Assembly (NCBI GenBank): GCA_002348905.1
Contig: DEBW01000068.1
Location: 8,395-52,366, forward strand
From: Ruminococcus flavefaciens
GTDB lineage: Bacteria; Bacillota; Clostridia; Oscillospirales; Ruminococcaceae
Direction of reading: 5' to 3'
DNA length: 43,972 nucleotides
In this document: positions 1-8,657 of the stretch, piece after piece
Position numbering within the stretch: the first letter of the stretch is position 1
Layout: every line of letters begins with the position of its first letter
The notes under the pieces: generated by a model
Databases searched by the model: none
Told to the model about the DNA's origin: nothing
The model's input: only the letters and a program-made list of their open reading frames with translations
Program-made: the position numbers and the translations under genes

Positions 1-197
1 CCTGCTGTAAGCTCAGCCTGACTTGCAAATATGGTTATTCCACGTTCACGCTCTATCCTGTCCGTATCAAGAAAAGAGCTGCCGTTGTCAACTCTGCCAG
101 CCTTGCGTAACTTTCCTGTTTTGAACAGAAGTGCCTCGGCGAGCGTTGTTTTGCCCGAATCGACATGGGCGGTTATTCCTAATGTTATTTTTTTCAT
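1..197 (-). CDS. TetM/TetW/EF-G-like translational GTPase, N-terminal fragment (runs off the window)
   Basis: Read manually (not in the ORF track). ATG at 197 with GGAGG RBS; translates MKKITLGITAHVDSGKTTLAEALL...DTDRIERERGITI, the G1 and G2 motifs of the EF-G/ribosome-protection GTPase family. Confidence 0.85.
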   Translation of the reverse strand, partial: MKKITLGITAHVDSGKTTLAEALLFKTGKLRKAGRVDNGSSFLDTDRIERERGITIFASQAELTA

Positions 198-215
198 TGG
201 CTGTACCTCCCGTTT

Positions 216-755
216 TCAGCGTTTGCGTTTGAATTTCGGCAGCAGTCTTTTCAGATAATATCCGTATACCGCTCCGAGATTGAAGTCATAGAGCAGGAAT
301 ACCACATTGCATATACCAAGCAGGATATAGCTGCCGTATCTGCCGAAATCGCTCATATCTTCAAGCATCTGCTTTATGCCGAAAAGGTACACTGTCACAT
401 AAAAATAGCTCACGGCGCAGACGTTGAATACTGCCAGTTTAAGCAGAAGTCTCAGCGGCATGAAGCCTACTTTTTGCAGATAGTACCTTAGTATCGGATA
501 GTGTCCGAAGAGCATGACGAATATGAGTGCCGCTTCTTTATCAGCGGTTATGAACATCGAGAGCAGACTTACTGATATGTATGTGAGAAATCCCCAGCTT
601 ATACTAACCTCCTCCGCTATGATAAGGAGCAGGACTCCGGCTATCATAGGCAGGAGGAAGTAAAGCGGAGCAAGTATCCCTGCAAGGAACATCGTTACGA
701 GACAAAGTGCAGATACTATGCCTCCAAGGGCAACTCTGTAGCTTATGTCCCTCAT
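216..755 (-). CDS. Hypothetical multi-pass membrane protein
   Basis: 179-aa hydrophobic ORF with about 5 TM segments; ATGA overlap with the upstream SDR gene. Confidence 0.75.
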   Translation of the reverse strand: MRDISYRVALGGIVSALCLVTMFLAGILAPLYFLLPMIAGVLLLIIAEEVSISWGFLTYISVSLLSMFITADKEAALIFVMLFGHYPILRYYLQKVGFMPLRLLLKLAVFNVCAVSYFYVTVYLFGIKQMLEDMSDFGRYGSYILLGICNVVFLLYDFNLGAVYGYYLKRLLPKFKRKR

Positions 756-1531
756 GAAAGGGCAGCCTTTCCTTTGCCTTCAGACGATTTCTTTCTGTGC
801 TGTATACCGTAGGTTATGGCTGACATGAGCTTATACGGCACAAATCTTGACGCAAATACTCCTGCTCGCATTGAAAATCCCGGTATAGCTATGAGCTGAC
901 CTTCAAAAGTCTTTCTTATAGCGTACTCAGCGGCAAAATCGGCGGTAATAGGCTTTACGCTGAAGTTTACGCCTGCACGGTTGTTGAAATTCGTGTCAAC
1001 AGGGCCAGGACAGAGTATAGTTATGCTGACATTTGACTTGTCACGGCGAAGCTCCTCAGCTATTGCGAGACTGAGCCTTACAACGTAGTTCTTTGATGCA
1101 TAGTAGGACGAAAGAAGCGGACCTGTCATGAATCCGGCTGATGAAGCCACATTGAGTATCATACCATGGTCACGGCGCTTGAAATCACGGAGGAACAGCT
1201 TTGTAAGGATGTGTACGGCTGTGATATTAACGTCTATCATTCTCAGCTCGTCTTCAAGGTCAGTCTGCTCGAATCTGCCGAATATTCCGTATCCTGCGTT
1301 ATTCACGAGGAGGTCTATATTCTTGTCCTTGCAGAATTCGTACACCTTGAACACATCATTGCGGTCAGAGAGGTCTGCTGTTATTACCTCGGTATCGCCA
1401 AGCTCATATTTGAGCTGTTTCAGCATAGCCTCATTTCTGCCTGTAAGTATAAGCTCCCAGCCTCTTCTCCTGAGCTTTCTTGCTATGCTCATACCTATAC
1501 CTGATGTTGCTCCTGTTATCAATGCTTTCAT
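752..1531 (-). CDS. Short-chain dehydrogenase/reductase
   Basis: TGATSGIG Rossmann motif, NNAG, catalytic YYASK (YxxxK). Confidence 0.92.
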   Translation of the reverse strand: MKALITGATSGIGMSIARKLRRRGWELILTGRNEAMLKQLKYELGDTEVITADLSDRNDVFKVYEFCKDKNIDLLVNNAGYGIFGRFEQTDLEDELRMIDVNITAVHILTKLFLRDFKRRDHGMILNVASSAGFMTGPLLSSYYASKNYVVRLSLAIAEELRRDKSNVSITILCPGPVDTNFNNRAGVNFSVKPITADFAAEYAIRKTFEGQLIAIPGFSMRAGVFASRFVPYKLMSAITYGIQHRKKSSEGKGKAALS

Positions 1532-2634
1532 GATAATTCCCTCATTTCTATAAATTTAAAGTTTTCACTCTCAACAGAATCTATCCCGATAAGGAACAGA
1601 GTCTGTTCATAATCATTCGGTTCAAGCAAGCTTGTTATCGGTTTGTTCATTGCCTCCGGACTTATTACAGCTATCTCGCTGTAATGCTGCGTAAGAAAAG
1701 GCACAAAGCTTGCGGCACATCTGCTTCCGATAACGAGCAGACGGCGGTCATTATTGACATCTGTACGTATCCTTACCAGCGGTTTTTCTCCGCCTAAATA
1801 AAGGTCGTACATATCCTCCGATCCAAGAGCATCGGTATCATAAAGACTGCATACACTAACTTTTCCGTCATTTGAGTAGCTTACACAGCTTGTTACTTTT
1901 GTTCCTTCCGGATACTCATAAATATCAAGTATATCCGGCTCACATTTCATGTAAAGTGTCCTGCTGTAGAGGTCTCCCCTGTATTCTCCGGTAACGTGGC
2001 GGATATTGTATTTATCGTAGGAAACAGGCTGAAAGCCAAGCTTCTGTATGACAGTACGGTAAACGCAGTAAGCTCCGTACATAGTCCATTTAGTGTCGCT
2101 GCTGAAATATATATGCTCATCGCTCATCATTTTCAGTATGTTATATGCGTCTATACGGCGTATACTCGTGTCAAGCTGACTGTAAAAGCTGTCTATCTGC
2201 TGTTTTTCGGTAGTTTTCATTATATATGAAGGTACGGTATCTCCATATACTCCGGACGAAGTAGGTACAGCGGCGATATAAACAGCTCCGTCATACCAGC
2301 CGGCAAAACCGTTTATACTTCCGGCGCATCCGGCACTGCTTCCTCTTTTTGATATATCAGCGTCGATAAGTCTGTTATCCGAAACGTAAACTCCGTTGAC
2401 TGTATTTCCTCTGATAGCGTCACTTATCATCGAACCTGCCGATATCCAGCCTTTTCTGCCGGCTATGCACTCAGCCGAGTAAGACTGTAACGCTTTGCCT
2501 ATACCTCCTGACGCATCTCTGCGGATATCTGCACTTTTTATATTCATTGTCATTTTACCGAACATGAATGTTCCGGTAGCGATAACAAATACAGATACCG
2601 CCGCTGCCGTCAGCCAGTTGGATCTGTCTTTCAC
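1528..2634 (-). CDS. DHHW-family (AlgJ/AlgX-like) membrane-anchored protein with degenerate motifs
   Basis: N-terminal TM helix; YFSSDTKWTMYGAY matches the family YYRTDHHWTxxGAY block; RGDLY and YDLYLGG motifs; adjacent to an MBOAT gene. Confidence 0.75.
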   Translation of the reverse strand: MKDRSNWLTAAAVSVFVIATGTFMFGKMTMNIKSADIRRDASGGIGKALQSYSAECIAGRKGWISAGSMISDAIRGNTVNGVYVSDNRLIDADISKRGSSAGCAGSINGFAGWYDGAVYIAAVPTSSGVYGDTVPSYIMKTTEKQQIDSFYSQLDTSIRRIDAYNILKMMSDEHIYFSSDTKWTMYGAYCVYRTVIQKLGFQPVSYDKYNIRHVTGEYRGDLYSRTLYMKCEPDILDIYEYPEGTKVTSCVSYSNDGKVSVCSLYDTDALGSEDMYDLYLGGEKPLVRIRTDVNNDRRLLVIGSRCAASFVPFLTQHYSEIAVISPEAMNKPITSLLEPNDYEQTLFLIGIDSVESENFKFIEMRELS

Positions 2635-2645
2635 CGCTTCACCTC

Positions 2646-4031
2646 CTATAATCTGAGAAGTATCATATCAGAACTGCCTGAGTATGCTATAAGTGCCGTA
2701 CAAATGATAAGCACCAGCAATCCTACCGCCGGAGCTGCTGCATTTATCGCTGCTTTTATGCGGCTTCTGCCCGACCTTATAAGTATATTTCTGAAAAGGT
2801 CTGTTGATGCGTACATCATTATTATCAACAGCACAAGATAGGATTTCATAAGATACAGCGTCTGCATATCTGCAAGGGCGTGGTTTCCTCCAAGCATCGC
2901 AAAGATGTATCTGAAAGAATCTTTAAGGCTGTCACATGAAAGAAATACCGCAAATACCGTAGTCAGAAGAAAAGTATATATTATACCTGTTGCTTTCAGC
3001 ATCTTTGAGTTGCTCAGACGTTTTTCAATGACTATCGAAATTCCCATCAATGCTCCCCACAGAGCGCTTCCGGCATCAAATCCGTACCAGAAGCCTGCAA
3101 GTGTCCATGCTGCAACATATATCATCTTTCTGACATATCTGTTCTTGAACCTTGCTGAAAAAGAGCGTGTGATATACTTTCTGAACCAGTGTATGACCTG
3201 TAAATGCCAGCGTGATGCAAAATATCTTATCCTGCTGCTGAACAGCGGATAATTGAAGCTCTGCGGAAAGCTGAATCCGAAGCAGTAGCCTATGCCTACA
3301 CCCATATCAGCTATACCTGAAAGTGTAAAGTAAAGGCATAGTATGTATGCTGATATTCCCATCCACGCTGTACCGGCAGAAAGGTCGCTGACATTTATTG
3401 AATCAACTGACGAGTACATCGAATAAAGGGTATCCGCAGCTATCACTTTCTTGGCAAGTCCCTTTATGAAAACCGCTGCGCCCTTTCCTATCTCCTGAAA
3501 GCCAATGCGTCTTGTTCTGAGTATGCGCTTGAATATGTCATACCGCAGTACAGGTCCCATGAGAAGGCGTGGGAACATCATTATATAAAGTGCAAAGCGT
3601 ACAAAGTTCTTGTCAGCCTTATATTTGCCGCTGTATACATCAATAAGGTATCCTGTCGCCGAAAGCGTGAAAAGCGAAACTCCTACAGGAAAAAATCCTT
3701 CCGGCAGCCTGACTGAATGGCGTATCCACGCAAAACAATCCATGCGTAATATGAACAGACCTGCTATATTGAATACCATGCCTGCCGCCATAGGGATAAG
3801 CTTGTATCTTCCGTCTTTTTTGCTGCTTAAAATATAAATATGTCTGGCGCAGGTGTAATTCACAAGTGTAAAAACCATGACATAGGCAAGGTAAGGCAGT
3901 CCTGCAAGTCCGCAGAAAGCCATGCTCATAAGCAGCAGGGACATATCTTTCAGCTTATTTGGCACACAGTAGTACAGCAGAAGTGACACAGGAAGAAAGC
4001 AGTATATAAAGAAAAGACTGCTATATTCCAT
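2646..4031 (-). CDS. MBOAT family O-acyltransferase (AlgI/DltB-like), degenerate active site
   Basis: FLP..LLLYY start, PVGVSLFTLSATGYLIDVY, FPRLLMGPVLRY, GLAKKVIAAD, SGIADMGVG, FNYP, RWH; the WHG motif reads WYG. Confidence 0.88.
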   Translation of the reverse strand: MEYSSLFFIYCFLPVSLLLYYCVPNKLKDMSLLLMSMAFCGLAGLPYLAYVMVFTLVNYTCARHIYILSSKKDGRYKLIPMAAGMVFNIAGLFILRMDCFAWIRHSVRLPEGFFPVGVSLFTLSATGYLIDVYSGKYKADKNFVRFALYIMMFPRLLMGPVLRYDIFKRILRTRRIGFQEIGKGAAVFIKGLAKKVIAADTLYSMYSSVDSINVSDLSAGTAWMGISAYILCLYFTLSGIADMGVGIGYCFGFSFPQSFNYPLFSSRIRYFASRWHLQVIHWFRKYITRSFSARFKNRYVRKMIYVAAWTLAGFWYGFDAGSALWGALMGISIVIEKRLSNSKMLKATGIIYTFLLTTVFAVFLSCDSLKDSFRYIFAMLGGNHALADMQTLYLMKSYLVLLIIMMYASTDLFRNILIRSGRSRIKAAINAAAPAVGLLVLIICTALIAYSGSSDMILLRL

Positions 4032-4620
4032 TGTCTTCCTCCTTCAGCCGTTTCACCTCATCCGCAAGCTCCTCAGCGGTCATCATGGTATTCAGCACCT
4101 CTATCAATGCGCCGGCAGAAAGAAGTGAGGGAAGTCCCAGCTTTTTTTGCAGTTTTTTACGGAGTTCACTGCTGTTGTTTCCTCCGCTCAGACCAAGCTC
4201 AAACAGTGTAAGCTTTGTTATATCCGGCGGAGCAGTTCTCTCCCCTGCCGTTATACCGGCTTTTCTGAAAGCTTCAAGTATTATATCCTTATCAACGCCT
4301 TCAACTCCGAGCTTTCCCTCGGCGGACGGCTTTACTTTGCGCTTTTCCTTGCCGAATATATCAGGGATATACACGTTTTTTACGCTGCCGTTCTTTATAG
4401 CACCCTTGATATATCCTCGTATCTTACGTCCGGCGCTGTCGGAATCAGTAAGTATGATGATACCGGTCTTTTCAGCGTAATAGCGTATCAGGGCGAGTTT
4501 TTCCTCGTCCTTGAAGATACAGAAGCCTCCGGTAACTATTATAACAGCATCAACGATAGAACACAGCTTTATTTTATCATACTTTCCTTCAACGATTATA
4601 GCTTCATTTATCTTTATCAT
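4021..4620 (-). CDS. rnmV: Toprim/DUF4093 protein, ribonuclease M5-like
   Basis: IIVEGKYD and LTDSDSAGRKIR Toprim motifs, LGVEG, C-terminal LFELGLSGG...LRKKL domain. Confidence 0.75.
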   Translation of the reverse strand: MIKINEAIIVEGKYDKIKLCSIVDAVIIVTGGFCIFKDEEKLALIRYYAEKTGIIILTDSDSAGRKIRGYIKGAIKNGSVKNVYIPDIFGKEKRKVKPSAEGKLGVEGVDKDIILEAFRKAGITAGERTAPPDITKLTLFELGLSGGNNSSELRKKLQKKLGLPSLLSAGALIEVLNTMMTAEELADEVKRLKEEDNGI

Positions 4621-4627
4621 CTTTACC

Positions 4628-5728
4628 TCATCTTCTGCGGATATTTGGTCTTACAGTGAGCATCTTTGTAACTGCCTGTTCAATTGCAATACGTGGATCG
4701 GCTGCTGTTGAATTCAGCTTTACTGTCGTATCACGAAGTATCACAAGGCAGGCTCTGAGTTTTTCAATGCCGGCAGCGGATGCCGAATTCATAGCCTTTT
4801 CAACTACAAATGCACGGTTGCCGTAGCCGAAATCAGAGGCAACAGTCTGAGCCGATACTCCATTCGCTCTTGCGGCGGCAGCTCTGTAGAGGTCGAGAAA
4901 TACGCCTGTTATCGCATAAAGCACCGAGCCTCTGTTGTCGTTGCTTATATTCAGCTGCTCAATTGCTTCAAAGGCAGCTTTTGCATTTGAAGCAGCTACA
5001 GCATTGGCGAGGTTATATATAGTAACATCGCTCTGCTCATGTACAAGAAGGTGCAGCATATCAGAGTCTATTTCCCTGCCTGCTGCATAGGCACAAAGCT
5101 TGTCTATCTCATTGGTAACGGCAAGCTCGTCACAAAGGCACATCTCCGCAAGCTGCTGTGCGTTTGCAATTGATATCATATTGCCTCTTGATGATACCTT
5201 TGAAGCTATCACCTTTGCAAGCTCCTGAGGAGTTTTCATCCTCAGCTCGCAGAGTATACCGTTCTTTGCAGCAAAATCCGCAAGCTTTTTATTCTTGTCG
5301 GTTATGACGTTGGTACCGGCTCTTTTATCGTACTTTACGCCGACTTCAAAGCCGGTAACGTTGAATACCACAACTGTATACTCCGGTATATCCTTCAGCA
5401 CCTCAAGAAGTGCCTTGTTTACACTGTCAGCGCTGCGTCCACGCATATCCTCATACGGCTTTTCGCAGTTATAGTCATTTATGAGTATGCAGTTATACTC
5501 TGACAGCATCGGAGCTATTTGTATAGTATCATAAAGGGCAGGTATATCAAGTTCCCTGCCATTCAGTTTTGTAAGGGCAAAATCAGCATTGTCGCCTACT
5601 GCGGCATTCACCACGTATTTAGCCGCCTTTTCAACTCCAATGACATCTGCTCCGAAGATGTAGTATATACGGCTGAGACCGTCTTTTTTAAGAGCTGCTG
5701 CCAGCCCCTTAGCATCGGTTTTAGGCAT
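4628..5728 (-). CDS. holA: DNA polymerase III subunit delta
   Basis: IYYIFG N-terminus, NEIDKLCAY, IYNLANAV; conserved comEC-holA gene order. Confidence 0.85.
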   Translation of the reverse strand: MPKTDAKGLAAALKKDGLSRIYYIFGADVIGVEKAAKYVVNAAVGDNADFALTKLNGRELDIPALYDTIQIAPMLSEYNCILINDYNCEKPYEDMRGRSADSVNKALLEVLKDIPEYTVVVFNVTGFEVGVKYDKRAGTNVITDKNKKLADFAAKNGILCELRMKTPQELAKVIASKVSSRGNMISIANAQQLAEMCLCDELAVTNEIDKLCAYAAGREIDSDMLHLLVHEQSDVTIYNLANAVAASNAKAAFEAIEQLNISNDNRGSVLYAITGVFLDLYRAAAARANGVSAQTVASDFGYGNRAFVVEKAMNSASAAGIEKLRACLVILRDTTVKLNSTAADPRIAIEQAVTKMLTVRPNIRRR

Positions 5729-7722
5729 TACAGCCTCCTTATCTTGTATTTGTCCTTGTCTTTGAATATTATTTCTGTATTATTCCTGCATTTTACAGTA
5801 TCTTTACCGGACGTATCACTGCTAAGATGCACAGAATATACTCCGGAACTTTTCTTTTCGTTTTCCGGCAGAAAACACATTTTTCTGCCACGATAGCTTA
5901 CTTCAAGAACTCCGTCAGTATACCTCATCTCACAGCCGGCATTGCTTACAGATATCTCACCGCCGCCGGCAATGTGTACCTCAGTATCTCCCGAAGCCGG
6001 ACGATATATTGAAAGTTCCTTTTCGTATACCGCATACTGCGAAGGCGCTTTCTTTGCAAGAATAATATTGTCCGGAGCAGGAAGTCCGTTTGAAGCAAGA
6101 TATTTTCTTACATATCCGGCTGAGCGGTAATGTCCGCTCATATCCGATAATTCTGTATGACCGTCATGAACTATTACTATGACAGTATTTTTGCCGCTTC
6201 CGAGGACTGCGGCTGTGAAGCCTTGCTGTACTGTATACGTCATTATGCCCGACAGCACCGAGAAAACAGCCATCGAGCAAGCTGTCAGCACCGCAGTTTC
6301 ACGCCGTTTTTCTCTGAAAATATGGTGTATTATCAGCAAAGCTCCGGAAAGCATAAGAAACGTACAGAGTATTCCGTTTCTGTCCGAGATATGGAATATC
6401 CTGACAGAAGCTATCCTGTCCGATATCCATAGTATCGTCCTTAAAACTCCGCCTGCAAGCGGCAGTACAGGTAGCAGACCGGCTGTAATGACGTATACTG
6501 CTCCTATGATAATAACTCCGCTGCATAAGGGCATAAGCAGTACATTCACAAAAGGTGATATGACCGAAGTTTCGTCAAAATAGTATACACACAGCGGAAA
6601 CACCGGAATAACAGTACATATAGCCGCTGCGAGAATACGCTCTGCGCTTTCAAAAAATGTATCATTCTTCATATCCCTTACCATGTACGGAGCAAATACA
6701 GCCGCTCCGAATGTTCCTGCCAGTGAGAGCATGAATCCTGAGTTGTAAACCACATAAGGATCTGCGAGAGATATGATAAAAGCTGCAACAGCCAGCGAAT
6801 TGAGCGAGTCAGAGTCACGGTAAAAGAGCTTCGCTGAGTAAAGAATCTCCAGCATTATAGCCGCTCTTATGACAGATACCGGATAATCCGCAAGTGCCGC
6901 AAAGAGCATGATAAACACGTTCATTATGCCGAAAGAAAGGTACTTATTCAGTCTCAGCTCTGTAAGCAGTGTCATGATAAGTGCAGCTATCATCGAAACA
7001 TGAAGTCCCGAAACTGCAAGCACATGACCTATACCCGTCCTGTAAAGTGCAGACACGGTATTGTCATCGAGATACGACTTTTCTCCGAACACCATTCCGG
7101 CTAAAAAGCCTCCGCATTCGTCGCCGAGCTGTACACGGAAATCACGCACCATTTTCTCACGGTAGGCTGCAAGAGCCTTTTTCAGCCTGTGACCGCCACT
7201 ATGCTCAACAGACACTCCCTTTGCATCCTGTGCCGCAAGGTAGATATGCTGTGAGCGCAGATACCGTTCAGTATCGGAAAGATAGGTACTTTCAGGCTTT
7301 TGTAGCGTACATTCTTCAAATGTAACTATGTCGCCGTAATCAGCACCAAAATCATTGCCGTAATAGCTTATTTTTGCAGAGATACCGCCGTTTATCCTGC
7401 CTTTCAGCGTATAGGAAGCCGTATCGCCAGTATATCTTTTATAATCTGTGACAACTCCCGAAAAATTGCAGTTTCTTCCGTCATAGGACGTTATCCTGTT
7501 ATATTTCAGCGAAGTATAAGCCATACTGATGCAGGCTGCCGCAATGAACGACAGGACTATTATACCATAGTCAGCACTCCTGAAATTTTTTCTTCTTCCG
7601 CATAGCACAAGCAGTACAAGCACCGCAGAATACATCAGGATGCCCTTTGCATCGGTAAAAAAAGAAGCGAAAAACAATCCCGACATATATGCTGCTGCCG
7701 CTCCAATCATTTTTCGCTTCAT
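5728..7722 (-). CDS. comEC: ComEC/Rec2 DNA-uptake channel protein
   Basis: TGIGHVLAVSGLH, SVIRAAIM, GFMLS competence-domain motifs; many TM segments. Confidence 0.88.
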   Translation of the reverse strand: MKRKMIGAAAAYMSGLFFASFFTDAKGILMYSAVLVLLVLCGRRKNFRSADYGIIVLSFIAAACISMAYTSLKYNRITSYDGRNCNFSGVVTDYKRYTGDTASYTLKGRINGGISAKISYYGNDFGADYGDIVTFEECTLQKPESTYLSDTERYLRSQHIYLAAQDAKGVSVEHSGGHRLKKALAAYREKMVRDFRVQLGDECGGFLAGMVFGEKSYLDDNTVSALYRTGIGHVLAVSGLHVSMIAALIMTLLTELRLNKYLSFGIMNVFIMLFAALADYPVSVIRAAIMLEILYSAKLFYRDSDSLNSLAVAAFIISLADPYVVYNSGFMLSLAGTFGAAVFAPYMVRDMKNDTFFESAERILAAAICTVIPVFPLCVYYFDETSVISPFVNVLLMPLCSGVIIIGAVYVITAGLLPVLPLAGGVLRTILWISDRIASVRIFHISDRNGILCTFLMLSGALLIIHHIFREKRRETAVLTACSMAVFSVLSGIMTYTVQQGFTAAVLGSGKNTVIVIVHDGHTELSDMSGHYRSAGYVRKYLASNGLPAPDNIILAKKAPSQYAVYEKELSIYRPASGDTEVHIAGGGEISVSNAGCEMRYTDGVLEVSYRGRKMCFLPENEKKSSGVYSVHLSSDTSGKDTVKCRNNTEIIFKDKDKYKIRRL

Positions 7723-7729
7723 ATGTTAC

Positions 7730-8269
7730 TTATTTAAAGAAAAGAGGCAGCTTTTCAAGGAATACGATGTCTGTTCTGTCAGCAGCATCGCCTTCAGCGA
7801 GTACAGCGGCTTCAGCAGCTATATTGCCTCCGGCAGCCTCAACGAGCTTTTCAAGCGCTTTAAGAGACTCACCTGTGCTTATTACGTCGTCAGCAATGAG
7901 AACTCTCTTGCCTCGAAGCATCTCTGCCTTTTCAGCTGCGAGGTAAAGTGTCTGCTCAGCAGCAGTAGTTATCGACTTTACTGTTACGGCAATAGGATCT
8001 GTCATGTAGAGTTTTACAGACTTTCTTGCAACTACGTAAGGCTTTCCGCTCTGGCGTGAAAGCTCGTATCCAAGAGGTATACCCTTGGATTCAGCAGTAA
8101 GTATAACATCAAATTCAGGACACTTTTTGAGAAGCTCCTCAGCAGCAGCAACTGTTACCTCAACGTCTGAGAACATGATGAATGCTGCGATATCGAGCTT
8201 ATCGTTAAGCGGACATATCGGAAGTTCACGCTCAAGTCCTGCTATGGTCATTTTATATGTCTTGCCCAT
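7730..8269 (-). CDS. Adenine/purine phosphoribosyltransferase family protein
   Basis: PRPP-binding motif VLIADDVISTGES; TAESKGIP and VARK motifs. Confidence 0.88.
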   Translation of the reverse strand: MGKTYKMTIAGLERELPICPLNDKLDIAAFIMFSDVEVTVAAAEELLKKCPEFDVILTAESKGIPLGYELSRQSGKPYVVARKSVKLYMTDPIAVTVKSITTAAEQTLYLAAEKAEMLRGKRVLIADDVISTGESLKALEKLVEAAGGNIAAEAAVLAEGDAADRTDIVFLEKLPLFFK

Positions 8270-8281
8270 TTTATCTGCTCC

Positions 8282-8635
8282 TTATTCGGTTTTACCGAGT
8301 GATTCCGGTCCCCAGCCCATTTTTACTCCTGCGAGCATATGGAAGTGGAGGTGCTTTACAGTCTGACCGGCATCATCGCCGCAGTTGTTTATTATACGGT
8401 AGCTCTCGATACCCTCAGCCTTTGCGATCTTTGCAGCAGCCTCGAATACCTTTGCTACGAGAGAGGAGTTCTCCTCTGTGATATCATTTGCAGAAGTGAT
8501 ATGTACCTTTGGTATGATAAGGTAGTGTACAGGAGCTATAGGAGCGATGTCCTTGAAGCTGTATACATACTCGTCCTCGTATACCTTTGTGCTTGGTATC
8601 TCACCGTCAACTATTTTACAGAATAAACAATCCAT
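8282..8635 (-). CDS. HIT-family (Hint-like) nucleotide hydrolase
   Basis: DCLFCKI start; AGQTVKHLHFHML histidine triad. Confidence 0.95.
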   Translation of the reverse strand: MDCLFCKIVDGEIPSTKVYEDEYVYSFKDIAPIAPVHYLIIPKVHITSANDITEENSSLVAKVFEAAAKIAKAEGIESYRIINNCGDDAGQTVKHLHFHMLAGVKMGWGPESLGKTE

Positions 8636-8657
8636 AGTAATACTCCTTTACAATATA

